Shown here piece after piece: positions 61,496-64,000 of a DNA stretch of 64,000 nucleotides. Position numbers and translations under genes: made by a program. The stretch's first letter is position 1; the number at the start of each line of letters is the position of its first letter. Source of the stretch: Blasia pusilla (lineage: Eukaryota). Under the pieces are notes generated by a model. That model made no database searches and was not told where the DNA came from. It saw only the letters and a list, made by a program, of their open reading frames with translations. Location of the stretch: assembly GCA_050084515.1 (NCBI GenBank), contig CM114271.1:40672001-40736000 (forward strand). Reading direction: 5' to 3'.

Positions 61496-64000
61496 ATCCT
61501 CATTAGGAGTCATTCTTTTTCTTCTCCCGGGGACTGCCGGTGTGGAATTGAAAAACCGGTGATGGGGCTGACAAGGAGGGGACGCCTGGCCCCGGACACC
61601 GGCGTAGAAACTCGGTGAGAACTTGCCGGGGGCAGCAGTTAGTGAGACACTGAGACGTCGTGCGGGAAATTGGTTGTCGAGGAACGGCACAAAGCATGTG
61701 CGTTTTGGACGAAGTAATCGTCACGAGCGCCAGGAGGTGGGGAATCCAGTCCGGGTTTAGGGCTCCTCTTGGTTCGTACTCACGGCTCCAATGGCGTACA
61801 GTACTGTCTCAGGAAATGACGGCGCTCGCTGAACATTTTTAGCAGACAGATATTTTTAGTCTCATCCTCGCACAGTCAGTACAGGTACAAGAGCTGTAGC
61901 TACGTGAACATGGGGAACAAACGCATCCGAAAATTGAGGTGTGCTAAATGAGTCACAGAATCATACGCTCATGAAGTGTCGACCATCAGGGGTATCAATT
62001 TGATTCCTCATTCTCGTGGCTATGGCCGTTCCACATTTATGAACTGCTGGCTACATAGTACATACTGTATTTGGTGCCGAGCTTTCTCATGCTCCAGCTA
62101 AAGCCGTAACGACAAAGCTCAACGGAATCGCAGAGCCGCACGGCTATGTCAACTTTAACAGGCCACGAGCTCCCACAACGGAGCGACTCAAGAGTCAAGA
62201 CTAGTCTTAGACGGAGTGTTAGACTGCTCATTTCAGTCTTCAGTCAACTACTTCTCATCTGCCATCTTTGTACAGAGCTACAGACGACCCAATTGGGGGG
62301 AATTCATAAAGTAGTAATTCGTTTCCATGGATTTCATAGACTGGTAATAGGTTTGGTAACTTTAGTATTTGATTGATTTGACCGTAACTAAACCGAGGAT
62401 GAATAGGCGAGAGGCACAGACTGCACACATGCCCGGCGAGAATGAAAAAGTAACTTCGTCAATCAAATGCAACAGTAACTTGAACACGGGGGAACCTCTC
62501 CACCATTAGTAGTGGTAAAGTGGTGGTGGAGACCACAGGCTCGATCCCGTCACGGATATGGGTAAAAGGATGCGATAAATGCTTCTTCTTTTCCCACAAG
62601 CAATAAATGCTGTCGGTTCTGGGTTCCTCTGGGAGTCTAGAGTCGACGGAGTTTGGCCAAGCTCACTTCTGGATTTTTGTCCAATTTTTTAGTCGCTGTT
62701 GCACAGTTGGAAACAGTTAGTGCGGGTTTTCACGTAGATTGACGAATTGGGAAAGACAACGCGCACGGTGCGCCACCGTACCGTCTGTGGATCTTCCATC
62801 GACTCACAACCTGGATCCACCCTGCCCTTTGTAGACACCGGGATTCCTGCACAGGCAAGAGCGAAGAAAACCCGTGCCAAAGCTCCACAGATTCAAACCG
62901 ACGTCAGGACTAGACGACGATATCCCGGAGGACGGAATACGCTCTCTTGGTCTGGCTGTTTTTTTATCAAGTGAGGAGGTCGCATCCCACCTCAGGTCAG
63001 ATTCAGGGCTGCTGGAATTTTCATTACCAAATGTGCCAGGCTTATTTCCCTTCTGAAGGCAAGCACACTCCCGCTCGTTCACTCTCCCGCATGCCCAAAA
63101 TTCGGGGATTACAAGACCTAACTCAAACCCGCTGCATACTTCTAGAGTTCATGTTCTCTCACATCTGGATGCAGTCCCTCAATTTCTAACCAAAGTGGAA
63201 CTCAAGACGTTCGCTCATGCCCTGAGGAAAGAGATTTGATGCAAACGGAACCAGTTCTAGTGACAATAATTTAACTTCGCATTAACTTCATTAAGCTTTC
63301 TACGAAGAATTCTCACGTGACATAATTTTATTTTAGGACATGAGGTGACCTAAATATGAAGAGGAGCCGCAGTTCCCTCCAAGTTAGTTACCATCCAGGC
63401 GCAAGGCCACGGACATTTCCGAGGGAAACTTGCACATGGCATCGGAATGGTAAAGGAGGAGCCGCTCGTGCGCTGAAAGCTCGGTTGTCTCTCCCACCAA
63501 AACTGGCTACGTCTACACATAGAGCAACAGGAATGCGAGAATATTTCCCTTTGACCGGATCTTTGGCTGCGATTCTCTCGCTAGACGGAATCAAACTGAA
63601 AGCTGTCTAGAATCCACGCAACGCTAAAGCGTTGGTCGTCTCGTGTACCTTAGTGCCGCAAAAGGTTAACTATTCTCCTGATCCTTTAACCCCGCCACGT
63701 CTGGGCCGTCAAATTCGTATTAGAAGTTGCAAAGAGAAACAAAAATCACAAGAATAGCTCCATTTGACCATATTGCTAATCGTCTATGATGGTCCCCTCA
63801 CGTAGTCTACATAAAATTAGTTTCCCATTCTGGTGCAGTAAATGTCGAAGGATGGACGGACCAGGAAGCAGATTCTGGTCAGTTGGTGGAACCTTGGTTG
63901 TCTCGCGGGACAACCGGAACTATTTCGAACCTTTGCAGACAGATGCTATGATTCTTCCGACGCGGAGAATAAACACAGTGCGAGAAGAAATGAGAACTTA

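Noticed and set aside
62800-63930. Possible terminal exons of a minus-strand gene
   Set aside because: Frames are ambiguous and there is no recognisable homology.

Overview
Eukaryotic, non-seed-plant-like nuclear DNA (spliceosomal introns, plant ARIADNE and RSH fragments; the taxon is my inference) dominated by transposons. Positions 1-32.4 kb are a four-level nest. An old Ty3/gypsy element (family 1; 1-797 + 24520-30469, minus) was split by a tRNA-Met-primed chromovirus (798-24519). That was hit by a second non-chromovirus gypsy element (family 2; 2707-20535, 4-bp TSD ACAT), whose integrase was interrupted by an 8-kb non-autonomous CACTA element carrying host gene fragments (4429-12446). The most striking signal is in the two divergent gypsy families. 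Both encode a DNMT3-like C5 cytosine methyltransferase between protease and RT, and both have Tf1-style self-priming sites instead of a tRNA PBS. Family 2 also ends its integrase in a PHD finger and has split direct repeats (A...B-A-B) instead of ordinary LTRs; a family-1 solo remnant shows the same A-B end. The split repeats suggest integration from a circular intermediate. The rest of the window holds one intact host gene (SLD5/GINS4, 34257-36396), a solo LTR, two MITEs, degraded Ty1/copia remnants, a Helitron with both ends (48884-55216) and CRE-like RLE non-LTR retroelement copies. Almost all TE ORFs carry stops or frameshifts (decay and/or assembly error). All coordinates and alignments were read by eye.
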